From IMG/VR virus record IMGVR_UViG_3300020473_000021, positions 69,568-133,567 of that record: DNA of 64,000 nt; one strand, 5' to 3'. The stretch comes from a virus. Shown piece after piece: positions 38,510-48,337 of the stretch. How positions within the stretch are numbered: position 1 is the stretch's first letter; each line of letters starts with the position of its first letter. The position numbers and the translations under genes are program-made. The notes beneath the pieces are model-generated. The model was not told the DNA's origin, searched no databases, and worked only from the letters and a program-made list of their open reading frames with translations.

Positions 38510-41071
38510 ATGTTAGAATATTTAATTGATCATGCGAGGGACAATATCTGGTGCTCACCAGATCAAGATTATCAGTCCATCGTAGCACCTCACCGACTTA
38601 GCGGTCGGTTTGGTGCGCTCGACTATCAAGTGGTCATGTGGGATAAAGTCTATCTACCAACTTGGGATGAACGTTATCACGTTTTCCAAATTGGACACAT
38701 CCACCCCAAATTGTTGGGTATGTTAACCATTAGCGATAAATGGCAGAAGCTGACAGACTTGATCAACGATTCAGATCTAACGGCTGAAGTCTATTTTGAA
38801 GATGGCGTTCAAGTACCTCGTTGTGAGTGTTGGTTGCGTTATGGCCGCCATCGCAATCTTATCATGGCTGTAAAAGACCATGTCCGCATCCCTAAGATCA
38901 AAACTGAAGCACCCTACATTCGAGTTTATACCAATGCATATTACAAATCGGATCGCTTCGATGGAGTACCTGCTACAACTACAACGCAGGGTCGTGTTGT
39001 ATCCACGTCAGATGAGATACTTGCGTTCCAACGTAAGTTCCACGACGCTCTTCAGTTAGAAGGTGCGGCTTTAGCGTTTTGTAATGGTCGACTGGTTAAC
39101 GACTTAAGTCCTTTTAATGTACGAAATGGCGACTATGTTGAATTCGTACAAGACAATTCGGTCTACCGGACGGTTGACTTTAAAGTATCTGATCTACAAT
39201 CGTTTGAAAGTGAGTTAGATAACAAACGTAAGTTCTTACTGAGTTATCCTGAATTTGGAAACGATACGATCGACTTTGAAGATGATATCGATTTGTATAT
39301 CTATAAACCAGGTGAGCAGGGTCGATATTGGGGTGTTTATTATCATAACAACCAAAAAGATGCAATCCGCATGCTAACACATAAGGACTATTCTGTTCCT
39401 GTGTCTTACGTACAAGGTTATGCTAACGATAATGGTTGGGGCGACATAAACGATCTAGTCATTCGGATGTATGTTCGTAAATCTGGATTTAAACGCCAGT
39501 TGGTTCAAGAAGCTAACCGCATCTTTGAGCTATATCGCTTGAGTCACGATAAAGTGAAACAAGCGATGTTGGGCATTGACTCCACAGTACCTAATTGGAG
39601 AGCTGAACACCTCGAGCAATCACCTTACGTTAAGATCATGCGTTCGATTTCATCCGACCTTGATCCTATCATGGTTCAAAAGACCTTCGGCTACAATGCA
39701 ATGTCTCGCCTACTAGGTGATACACCAACCGAAGTTCAGTTTGAAGAGAACTGGCCTTATGTGGAACTGCCACCGGGTTTGTACGTCGACTCAACTGCAT
39801 ACGAGTATGATGAAGATGGTTTATTGTTAGGTTTCTACCACCATCAAAATGGCGTTACGTATCGTTGTAATAACAAGGCGGCGAGAACCGTGGAGATGTT
39901 GGGCGGTATTGGCGACTCTTCTTTGGATGTAGAATTCCATAAAAGTGAGTTAACCATTGATCCTACCTACGACTACCGCGTTTACCTTTGTACGTTATTG
40001 GGTAATCAGCCTGCTTGGGATTGGGTGGATATATCGAATACGAACATCGTCTCTATTATCAACGACGAGATGTCACTCAACATCAATCCGTTAGTTGACT
40101 ACTCCGCTATTGTAAGTAACAAGAAGTTCCTTTCTTACGAAATGCAATTGGAACCAGTCAACGGTGTGATGATATTTAGCGTCAACGTCGATGAAGAACA
40201 CTTCGGTGTTAATGAGAAGATGGTATCGACCATACCACCACGTCGAATCGATCTGTGGATGAATAAACACCCGTTGATTGAAGGGCTTGATTTCCACGTA
40301 AAATGGCCTGAAGTCGTCATCTGTAATAAGCAATATCACGACGAATCTAAAGCCAAACAAGACATCGTAGTTCGCTGTACAGGTTTCTGCAATGAAGACC
40401 TAACTTTAGATAATCAAAGAGAGTTTGGTTTTGTTGAACACGGTTACTTAAGTGCGGATCGCCGCTATGATGTTCGAGACGATAAAGTATTGTCTTGTAT
40501 TGTTGGTGGTAAGCTAGTTCATCGTGATAACTTGGAGTTTGCAGAAGACAACTTAGGTGTGAGTATTCCGGGGATTGATAATGGTACACCATATTCAGTT
40601 CGTGAGAATATCGTGCCGATGCGTGGGGAGATGATGGATGACACGTATGTCATGCGTGAACGGTCTATGGAAGTGGATACAATCATCAGTGACTACATGA
40701 CGGTCAAATATCCAGAACCAGAAATCCCTGAAGTAAACGCCATCCCTCAGCGGTATCGTTTGTACAGTCCGTTTCTATCGCGGTTGATTAATAACTTACT
40801 GGAGGGTCACATCGACAATGAACCATTGAAGGAGCACTTTTCAAACTCCGATATGGTTGACATGGTCAAAGAGTATGAGTACTTGTTAGAATTTGATCCT
40901 GCACATTTAGGCTACAATGAAGATTATGTAACGGTACATCCACACCGTTATACTGGTAAGATTCAGCTTGATGTCTACCAGAATAATTTCATCCGCAGAA
41001 TCATTCAGTATTACTTTGACGATAAGATTGATGCAAGTCGCTTCATCGAAGTGACCTTACCGATAAATTAA
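38510..41071 (+). CDS. virion structural/baseplate protein (phiKZ gp27-like)
   Basis: 853 aa starting YLIDHA..NIWCSPDQD; synteny. Confidence 0.72.
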   Translation: MLEYLIDHARDNIWCSPDQDYQSIVAPHRLSGRFGALDYQVVMWDKVYLPTWDERYHVFQIGHIHPKLLGMLTISDKWQKLTDLINDSDLTAEVYFEDGVQVPRCECWLRYGRHRNLIMAVKDHVRIPKIKTEAPYIRVYTNAYYKSDRFDGVPATTTTQGRVVSTSDEILAFQRKFHDALQLEGAALAFCNGRLVNDLSPFNVRNGDYVEFVQDNSVYRTVDFKVSDLQSFESELDNKRKFLLSYPEFGNDTIDFEDDIDLYIYKPGEQGRYWGVYYHNNQKDAIRMLTHKDYSVPVSYVQGYANDNGWGDINDLVIRMYVRKSGFKRQLVQEANRIFELYRLSHDKVKQAMLGIDSTVPNWRAEHLEQSPYVKIMRSISSDLDPIMVQKTFGYNAMSRLLGDTPTEVQFEENWPYVELPPGLYVDSTAYEYDEDGLLLGFYHHQNGVTYRCNNKAARTVEMLGGIGDSSLDVEFHKSELTIDPTYDYRVYLCTLLGNQPAWDWVDISNTNIVSIINDEMSLNINPLVDYSAIVSNKKFLSYEMQLEPVNGVMIFSVNVDEEHFGVNEKMVSTIPPRRIDLWMNKHPLIEGLDFHVKWPEVVICNKQYHDESKAKQDIVVRCTGFCNEDLTLDNQREFGFVEHGYLSADRRYDVRDDKVLSCIVGGKLVHRDNLEFAEDNLGVSIPGIDNGTPYSVRENIVPMRGEMMDDTYVMRERSMEVDTIISDYMTVKYPEPEIPEVNAIPQRYRLYSPFLSRLINNLLEGHIDNEPLKEHFSNSDMVDMVKEYEYLLEFDPAHLGYNEDYVTVHPHRYTGKIQLDVYQNNFIRRIIQYYFDDKIDASRFIEVTLPIN

Positions 41072-41083
41072 TGGAGTCACCAA

Positions 41084-42751
41084 ATGGCTAACAGTAATGT
41101 TGTACCAATCGTAGATCCGGATCGCGGATTTAAGATGTGGCACATAGATGAAATCTTCACAGGTCAGGCCGGTATGACTGAAGATGATAAGCGCTACGTC
41201 CCGAATGAACGGGACTTAGTCTTTTCAGCTACCGAAGGTTTCTTCGTAGTCGAAGAAGTCGACTACACCACCGGATTAAGTGTATTGAAGCCTTGGGATG
41301 AGGTACGTGAAACAGGGTTTGGTGAAAACGATCGTGATCTTTTATTAGGTCAAGGACCGGGTAAGATATCTGAGTCCTATCGCGTGTATCTCGATACATC
41401 TGTTACACCACATACTTTAGCATTCGATGCCCGTCTCAAGGTCTACGGTACCACAACGAAATACGTTAAAGTGTTTAAAGGTACCCGCATTGAAAATGGT
41501 GATGTCATATCCCGTCAGTATGACCAGAACGGTTCTCTGTTAGGTGAAGACATTCCACTTGAGATGGCTCGTACTGAGGACGCTAGCAATTTAGCGATTA
41601 AAGCACCTCAGGTTGGATACAGCGCTAAAGCGATGGAAGATGGTGAAATCGTAACGGCTGTATTCTACGATGATGCAGGCGATGTTGTATCGATCTCACA
41701 TCTGCTTGTGAAGAATACTTCTTTCATTCGCACGATGAATGAATCGACGAAGTATATCACAAGTATCGAAATCGAGTCTCCGTTCTTGTCTAAGTCTGAC
41801 AACCGTGTATTGGAATGTCCTATCAATATCCCAATCGAAGCTATTGCTCGTATGGGTATTGTTAAGTACAGCAACGGTGAAGAAGCGCGCATGCCGATCG
41901 ATGGTACTAAATTCGATCTGTACGGCCTCAGACGCTTCGTTTCCACCATACTGGGACAACGACAGCCAATTACGCTTACATACCGCCTGTCGCCTAATGA
42001 GGTGGCGTACGGGTCAGTTCCAGGTGCCACTAATCACATCACCGAAGATTATCTGGCAACAACGACTAAAGTTGATGGTGCATACAGCGTTAAGTTGTTT
42101 AGCTACCCTACTTGGGTTGATGAAACGAGCGGTTATCGTTTAGAGCACTTCTTGTACAACTTGGAACGCGATGAAGTCTTCAACGTAACTCAGTATGTAG
42201 AGCTAGCTGCTAACTCAAAAGCATTCGAACCAAAAGAATACGGTGTAGCGCAAGATATCACATTTGCGGTTGACCTTTCTAAAGTATCGAATCGCTTTAA
42301 GAACTATCGCCACCTTCAAACGACGCGTATCGTTCTACGTCGTCCTGGTTTAGATACCAATACGACCAACTGGACTGTACAGTTTGATCGGGGCGAGGAA
42401 GCTTATGGTGAAGGCCTCAAGGCAGAACTTGAATTCGTTAACTCAAACTTATGGAACCTGAGAGTCGATAATGACTTTGGTTCTATGGAACATTGGTTGC
42501 GTGAAGTGTATGAGAAAACCTTACCGCTTTACGATAAAACGTCTGAAGACAAACCACCGACACCGACTCACTTCCGTCTGATTGCAGGCAACTACTCTAA
42601 CGAGTGGCCTGTCAGTATGTGGAATGAAGTATTTACCTTGAATACGATTCAAGAAGCAGGTGAAAACGTTTACTTGCAATTCTTCCGTCGCACATCGCAG
42701 ACTGATTTAGAGTTGAGTACGGCTGGTTTAATCATCCGTCAAATCAACTAA
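41084..42751 (+). CDS. virion structural/baseplate protein (phiKZ gp26-like)
   Basis: 555 aa, beta-rich, immediately upstream of terminase; synteny. Confidence 0.72.
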   Translation: MANSNVVPIVDPDRGFKMWHIDEIFTGQAGMTEDDKRYVPNERDLVFSATEGFFVVEEVDYTTGLSVLKPWDEVRETGFGENDRDLLLGQGPGKISESYRVYLDTSVTPHTLAFDARLKVYGTTTKYVKVFKGTRIENGDVISRQYDQNGSLLGEDIPLEMARTEDASNLAIKAPQVGYSAKAMEDGEIVTAVFYDDAGDVVSISHLLVKNTSFIRTMNESTKYITSIEIESPFLSKSDNRVLECPINIPIEAIARMGIVKYSNGEEARMPIDGTKFDLYGLRRFVSTILGQRQPITLTYRLSPNEVAYGSVPGATNHITEDYLATTTKVDGAYSVKLFSYPTWVDETSGYRLEHFLYNLERDEVFNVTQYVELAANSKAFEPKEYGVAQDITFAVDLSKVSNRFKNYRHLQTTRIVLRRPGLDTNTTNWTVQFDRGEEAYGEGLKAELEFVNSNLWNLRVDNDFGSMEHWLREVYEKTLPLYDKTSEDKPPTPTHFRLIAGNYSNEWPVSMWNEVFTLNTIQEAGENVYLQFFRRTSQTDLELSTAGLIIRQIN

Positions 42752-42761
42752 GACTAATAAT

Positions 42762-42790
42762 GGGAGGGCAGTAGCCCTCCTTTATTTTTT
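42762..42790 (+). terminator. intrinsic terminator
   Basis: GGGAGGGC-AGTA-GCCCTCCT plus T tract. Confidence 0.8.
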
Positions 42791-42838
42791 GAAATGGTAT
42801 GATTCTTAGAAGAATAACGCATTTAAAGGTATTAGAAA

Positions 42839-44983
42839 ATGATCGTTTTTAAACAAGATTGGAGAAAATACCCTAAAGCGATTGTGGATACCAAGACGCC
42901 CAATAAATCATTCCTTAACATGGCGGCCCTACTTAGGGATATGGGCGTCGATCATTACTATTTCCACTTGGCTCTTTTACAGCCAGAGCTCCAGGGAGTT
43001 AATCCTCACGCAGAGGGTCTTACTCGAGATGAAAGAGCACGCGTTTTATACGAGTGTGATAATAATCCTTGGTATTACCTTCGTGAGATTGTTATTGACC
43101 ACGGTGCCGGTATTGAGATAGACGATAAACGCTTCAGAGCGAATCGTGCGAATATCGCTGCTATGTGGTTACTGTTAGCCTGTATCGATTATATCCAGAT
43201 CCAACCCCGTCAGACGGGTAAGTCCTATGGTACGGATAATAACTCGTTATGGCTGATGTATTTCTGTTATACAGACACACAACTTAACTTGATTACTAAA
43301 GATGAGTCGTTGCGTAAAAACAACATTGCTCGTCTAAAGAAACTTAGAGATGGTTGGCCTGATTGGCTAAACCGTAATACAAAGAAAGATGATAACAACC
43401 AAATCTCTTTGAGTTGCCAAGATCGCAACAATAAGTATTATACTCACGTATCTCAAAGTTCAGAAAAAGCAGCCAACAACCTTGGTCGTGGTATGACGTC
43501 GCCGTTCATACACATCGATGAGGGTCCGTTCATCAATCACATTGAGACAACTGTTTCTGCGGCAATGGGTTCAACCAACACGGCTCGTGAGATAGCGAAA
43601 CGAAAAGGTGTTCCTTATTGCACTATCTTTACCACAACAGCTGGTAACCAAGAAGATAGAGACGGGCGTTATGTCTACAACCTGATGAACGAGGCAGCAG
43701 TTTGGACTGAGCGTTTCTACGATTGCTTTGATCGAGATGATCTTGTTAAGCTGATTAAGACTAACTCATCTGGACGTTCGGTTATGGTTAACCTGACTAT
43801 GTCCGCATTGCAGTTAGGATTTAGTAAACAATGGTTGTATGAAGCTATTGCTAACGCACGCAGTGATGGTGATAATATCGATCGTGACTATTTCAACGTT
43901 TGGACGTCGAGTAGTAACTCATCGCTTATCCCTCAACATTTAGCTAAGCAAATACGTGCTTCTGAAATGCTACCGACCGATCAATGGATATCAAAAGAAA
44001 ACTACATCTTCCGTTGGTATGAAGATGTCGATCCATCTACATGGTACGTCCTGTGTGTGGATACTTCCGATGCCATTGGTCGAGATGATATTGCTGTTAC
44101 GCTGTTGAATTCTAAAACGGGAGCCACTGCTGGTTCTGCTACGTTTAATGAAACAAACCTAATGCGTTTTGCACAGTGGTTGTTAGAGTTCATGCTAACT
44201 TACAAGAACAGCGTATTGGTAATCGAACGTCGGTATAACGCGCAAACGATCATTGACTACTTGTTGTTAAAACTACCTGTCAATGGAGAAGATCCTTTTG
44301 TTCGGATTTTTAATCAGATCGTTCAAAAGCGTGATGAGCGTGGTGATGACTTTAGTAAGATATCCACTACGAATGTTTCGCGCCCTAAACATGTATACGA
44401 TCGATATCGTCGTGATTTTGGTTTTCTCACTAATAGCGATACTCGTAAATTACTTTATAATAACGTTATGATGAACGCTGCCAAGGACGTAGGTAGTAAG
44501 GTTCGCGATAAAACGTTAATTCACCAAATGCTTAACCTAGTTATTAAGAACAACCGCATCGATCATGGGTCGGGTGGTCATGATGACTTAGTCATTAGTT
44601 GGCTCATGGGTCATTGGTTCTTAAACTACGGTATCAATCTGAGTCATTATGGTTTAGATTCTAAGATGGTGATGATCGACAGAAATAGTGGTGGTAAGAA
44701 AATGTCTCCTAAAGAACGGATGGAGAGAGAAGAGCAGGAAGCTCTCATGAGTAAAGTTAAGACACTACACGAGAAGCTGAAAGAAGCAACCAGTCAGTTG
44801 GATATCATTCGATTGGAGATGGAACTTTCCTCAGTAATGTCGAAAGTGAAATCAACCGAGGATGATGGTATGACTCTAGACGCTTTATTGCAAGAAGCTA
44901 ATGAAGCGAGAGACGTTCGTCGTAATAACAAATATGGCGGTCGCAACCGACAGGCTTCCGAGCTTTTGCGATATCATAGCTAA
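42839..44983 (+). CDS. terL: terminase large subunit (phiKZ gp25-like)
   Basis: Walker A PRQTGKS, Walker B IHIDE, TTTAG coupling motif, nuclease CVDTS...HDDLVISW. Confidence 0.92.
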   Translation: MIVFKQDWRKYPKAIVDTKTPNKSFLNMAALLRDMGVDHYYFHLALLQPELQGVNPHAEGLTRDERARVLYECDNNPWYYLREIVIDHGAGIEIDDKRFRANRANIAAMWLLLACIDYIQIQPRQTGKSYGTDNNSLWLMYFCYTDTQLNLITKDESLRKNNIARLKKLRDGWPDWLNRNTKKDDNNQISLSCQDRNNKYYTHVSQSSEKAANNLGRGMTSPFIHIDEGPFINHIETTVSAAMGSTNTAREIAKRKGVPYCTIFTTTAGNQEDRDGRYVYNLMNEAAVWTERFYDCFDRDDLVKLIKTNSSGRSVMVNLTMSALQLGFSKQWLYEAIANARSDGDNIDRDYFNVWTSSSNSSLIPQHLAKQIRASEMLPTDQWISKENYIFRWYEDVDPSTWYVLCVDTSDAIGRDDIAVTLLNSKTGATAGSATFNETNLMRFAQWLLEFMLTYKNSVLVIERRYNAQTIIDYLLLKLPVNGEDPFVRIFNQIVQKRDERGDDFSKISTTNVSRPKHVYDRYRRDFGFLTNSDTRKLLYNNVMMNAAKDVGSKVRDKTLIHQMLNLVIKNNRIDHGSGGHDDLVISWLMGHWFLNYGINLSHYGLDSKMVMIDRNSGGKKMSPKERMEREEQEALMSKVKTLHEKLKEATSQLDIIRLEMELSSVMSKVKSTEDDGMTLDALLQEANEARDVRRNNKYGGRNRQASELLRYHS

Positions 44984-44998
44984 ATTAGGTACCTAAGT

Positions 44999-47900
44999 AT
45001 GAATATCGAACAACTCTCTAAAGAGATAAATAAAGTCGTCCGAGTACTGGGCGATAAGCTATCGGCTAGACATAATGAATTGGATAACCGAATAGCTTCA
45101 CATGAGCAACGTACTGATAATCCACATGCCGTTACTAAACAGCAAGTGGGCTTAGGTGAACTACCTAATGCAACTACCATCAGTCGGAGTGATGAGTCGA
45201 CGGACAAGTTACTCCTTGCTAGATCGCTCGCCGATCACACGAATAATAGTACCGATCACGACGATCGGTATTATACTCAAGTGCAAGTCGACGATAAGGA
45301 TACGTCAGTTCTAAATGCGGCTAAGGGATATACTGACACTAATGTCAATAATACCAATGAAGCATTGGAATTCCATAAATCGTCTACTGACCATGATGAC
45401 CAGTATTACACTCAAAGTCAAGTAGACGATAAAGATGCGTCTGTATTGTCGCAAGCAAAACAACATGCAGATAACGTATCTCAACAAAATTCCACTGAAG
45501 TAAACAACAGTCTAGAAACCCATAAGTCGTCAAACGACCATGATACGCGTTACTATACTCAACTTCAATTGGATGATCGTTTTGAAGGTCTTGTTGGGGA
45601 CATTAATTCTGCGTTGTCTAATCGTGACGAAGCATTCGAGACACACAAAGACTCGAATGATCACGATGAGCGTTATTATACGAAAACTCAAATCGATAGC
45701 CAAGTAAGCACTATCAATACGACTATTTCCGATAATGATACTGCACAAACGCAGGCGCTTGAGACACATAAAACATCGACAGATCACGATTATCGTTACT
45801 ACACTAAAACGCAGATCGACGATCAGATGTCTTTGGTAAATCAAACGATCAACCAGAACGATACCGATCAAACTCAAGCTCTGACAACACACAAAGGGTC
45901 TGGCGACCATGATGGTCGCTATTATACTCAGACACAAGTGGATACGTTAGCCTCGACTATACGGGATGAAATATCTCAAACTGGAAGTTCGGCTACGACT
46001 GATCTAGAAAACCACAAGACTTCAACAGACCACGACTATCGTTATTATACGAAAGCACAGGCGGATGCTCAGCTTGCTCTTAAAACGGATATCAGTAGCA
46101 TTGTAGATAATTTAACATCTACATTAGTGGATGTTCCTTTAAGTGCTAATCAGGGTCGAGTGTTGAAAGGTTTAGTCGATCAAATCAACGCCACTATTAT
46201 GTCCGACGATGCAACCCTTGATGAGTTGCAAGAGATTGTGGACTTCATTAAACTCAATCGAAATGAGTTAGATGCATTGTCGATATCTGGTGTAGCTGGA
46301 CTACAAACTGCACTTGATGGTAAAGTTGATAAGGTCACTGGTAAAGCGTTGTCGACTAACGACTTAACTGACGTGTTGTTAGCTAAATTGCAAGGCATTG
46401 AAGATGGTGCTCAAGTAAACCGACCCATCACCAATAGTCGCACTACAAACAGTGCTGAGACAGCATTATCGGCCAAGGGCATGAATGATCACGTGATGAG
46501 TGGTGATCATGATGGTCGCTACTACACGCATACTCAGGTAGATAGTAAAGATGCTGCTACTTTACAATCAGCAAAAGAATACGCCGATAGCGTTGGGTCA
46601 AATACCGGTACACAGGCTACTCAAGACTTAGATGCGCATAAAACGTCTACTGATCATGATACTCGTTATTATACACATCAACAAGTAGATGATGCGATTG
46701 CCGCTGCAAAGAGTGAGGCTATTTCATCTGCGAACAGTTCTTTGACGACACATAAATCGTCAACAGATCACGATAGTAGATACTACACACAGACTCAAGT
46801 TGAGTCTATGTTGGCTGATACTCAAAGTGCGGCTGAAAGTACCGCTAGTGGTGCATTGACTACACATAAGAGTTCGGGCGATCACGATGGTCGATATTAC
46901 CGTAAAGGTGAAATCGATACGAAATTATCTCAAACTCAATCTGCTGCGGAAAGTACTGCAAGCACTGCGCTATCGAATCACAAATCTTCTGGCGATCACG
47001 ATGGGCGTTACTATACGCAATCTCAAATCGATCAGAAGTTTGCGGATGTTCAATCCACTATCGACCAAGGTGTGGCCGACGACCTTAATGCTCACAAATC
47101 TTCAAGTGACCATGATAGTCGTTACTACACTCAAAGTCAGGTGGATGCGAAAGTATCTGGTGCAGAAAGTCGAGCTACATCATTGACTGAAACTCGTTAC
47201 GAGCAAGTCCTATCGGAATTCGTTAAGACGGATGTTAAGATAGCTGCGCGTGGTGATGATGTTGAGGCGATGAAAGGTACTGAGCAATCTTTCCAAGAGA
47301 TATTTAACTCTTGGATGAGATTCAGTCGTAGTACTAGTGGTTTAGGTAATGAAGCCAATCCAGCAGAACTCACTGAATGGATCTACAATTCAACAGACGA
47401 CACGATCGAGTGTGCTATAAACTCAGGCTCTTACATTGGGTTTATTTCACCCGATAAGTTTGAAGAATATGTGTTTGAAGTTAAGATGAGTTCGACCAGT
47501 ACTGATGACGATTGGATTACTGTTGTTGCGGCTTATGCTGAAGACAATAATGGTAATGGCTTCACGCTTGACGTTGTTCGTGCTCTCAATGGCGATGCAC
47601 CTATGGTTATTAATTATAATCATAGTTCGCAGGGCACCATTAAGTTGGCTGAAGTGCTTGACCCACTACACTGGGGTGATGGAAATATCGCTACTGGCCC
47701 AATCGGTGGTAATACGCTACCGGGTTGGGGTAATGGTTCACCCAACGGTGTTCGTGTTAAAGTTACTCGCAATGGTGACATATTCACTATTGAGACAACT
47801 CAAACGAATGATGGTAGCGACAACTACCTACCGGGTGCTACAGTAACGATTGACTTAAATAGTCGACCTGAACTATCGGTGTTTAAAGGTCCTAAGCAAT

Positions 47901-48271
47901 ACGGTATCGGTGCACAATCTCAGGCTAACTCAACTTGGGATTTCATTCAGAAACCAAGTTCACTAGAAGACATCGTGGATGTCGTCAATGGTGTAGTTTG
48001 GCGGTATGATTCGGTCAGCGGGTGGACTTCTTCAGCGATCACTGATGCAACTCAATACGTTACACCAGATCGTGTTTATCGAAATGATGGACGCATATTT
48101 GTATCGGATGGCGAAGGAAACATCTTAGAGGTTGCTACAAAAGATCCTCTAACTGGTAGTATTCATGCTGGCGACAGCGTGACCCTCGGTGGACCCGACG
48201 CTTCGGGTGCTCGTTATAGCGTTTCCTATGACAGCGACACCGATTCTTTGGATGTTACCCATTTGGGATAA
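44999..48271 (+). CDS. tail fibre protein with His/Asp repeats and C-terminal lectin-like domain
   Basis: NPHAVTKQQVGLG motif, 13 H-x4-DHD-x-(R/Q)YY repeats, LDELQEI and GKVDKVTGK fibre motifs, beta-rich C-terminus. Confidence 0.8.
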   Translation: MNIEQLSKEINKVVRVLGDKLSARHNELDNRIASHEQRTDNPHAVTKQQVGLGELPNATTISRSDESTDKLLLARSLADHTNNSTDHDDRYYTQVQVDDKDTSVLNAAKGYTDTNVNNTNEALEFHKSSTDHDDQYYTQSQVDDKDASVLSQAKQHADNVSQQNSTEVNNSLETHKSSNDHDTRYYTQLQLDDRFEGLVGDINSALSNRDEAFETHKDSNDHDERYYTKTQIDSQVSTINTTISDNDTAQTQALETHKTSTDHDYRYYTKTQIDDQMSLVNQTINQNDTDQTQALTTHKGSGDHDGRYYTQTQVDTLASTIRDEISQTGSSATTDLENHKTSTDHDYRYYTKAQADAQLALKTDISSIVDNLTSTLVDVPLSANQGRVLKGLVDQINATIMSDDATLDELQEIVDFIKLNRNELDALSISGVAGLQTALDGKVDKVTGKALSTNDLTDVLLAKLQGIEDGAQVNRPITNSRTTNSAETALSAKGMNDHVMSGDHDGRYYTHTQVDSKDAATLQSAKEYADSVGSNTGTQATQDLDAHKTSTDHDTRYYTHQQVDDAIAAAKSEAISSANSSLTTHKSSTDHDSRYYTQTQVESMLADTQSAAESTASGALTTHKSSGDHDGRYYRKGEIDTKLSQTQSAAESTASTALSNHKSSGDHDGRYYTQSQIDQKFADVQSTIDQGVADDLNAHKSSSDHDSRYYTQSQVDAKVSGAESRATSLTETRYEQVLSEFVKTDVKIAARGDDVEAMKGTEQSFQEIFNSWMRFSRSTSGLGNEANPAELTEWIYNSTDDTIECAINSGSYIGFISPDKFEEYVFEVKMSSTSTDDDWITVVAAYAEDNNGNGFTLDVVRALNGDAPMVINYNHSSQGTIKLAEVLDPLHWGDGNIATGPIGGNTLPGWGNGSPNGVRVKVTRNGDIFTIETTQTNDGSDNYLPGATVTIDLNSRPELSVFKGPKQYGIGAQSQANSTWDFIQKPSSLEDIVDVVNGVVWRYDSVSGWTSSAITDATQYVTPDRVYRNDGRIFVSDGEGNILEVATKDPLTGSIHAGDSVTLGGPDASGARYSVSYDSDTDSLDVTHLG
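45236..47135 (+). repeat. 13 copies of HKxSxDHDxRYYT spaced by helical segments
   Basis: Counted in the translation; boundaries approximate. Confidence 0.85.
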
Positions 48272-48281
48272 AAACAATAAT

Positions 48282-48324
48282 CGTGTGTGGGGTGGGCTGG
48301 TCCTACCCTACACGCGTTATTTTT
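48282..48324 (+). terminator. terminator-like hairpin
   Basis: CGTGTGTGGGGTGGG-CTGGT-CCTACCCTACACGCG then TTATTTTT. Confidence 0.65.
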
Positions 48325-48337
48325 CTGTGAGGCAAAA

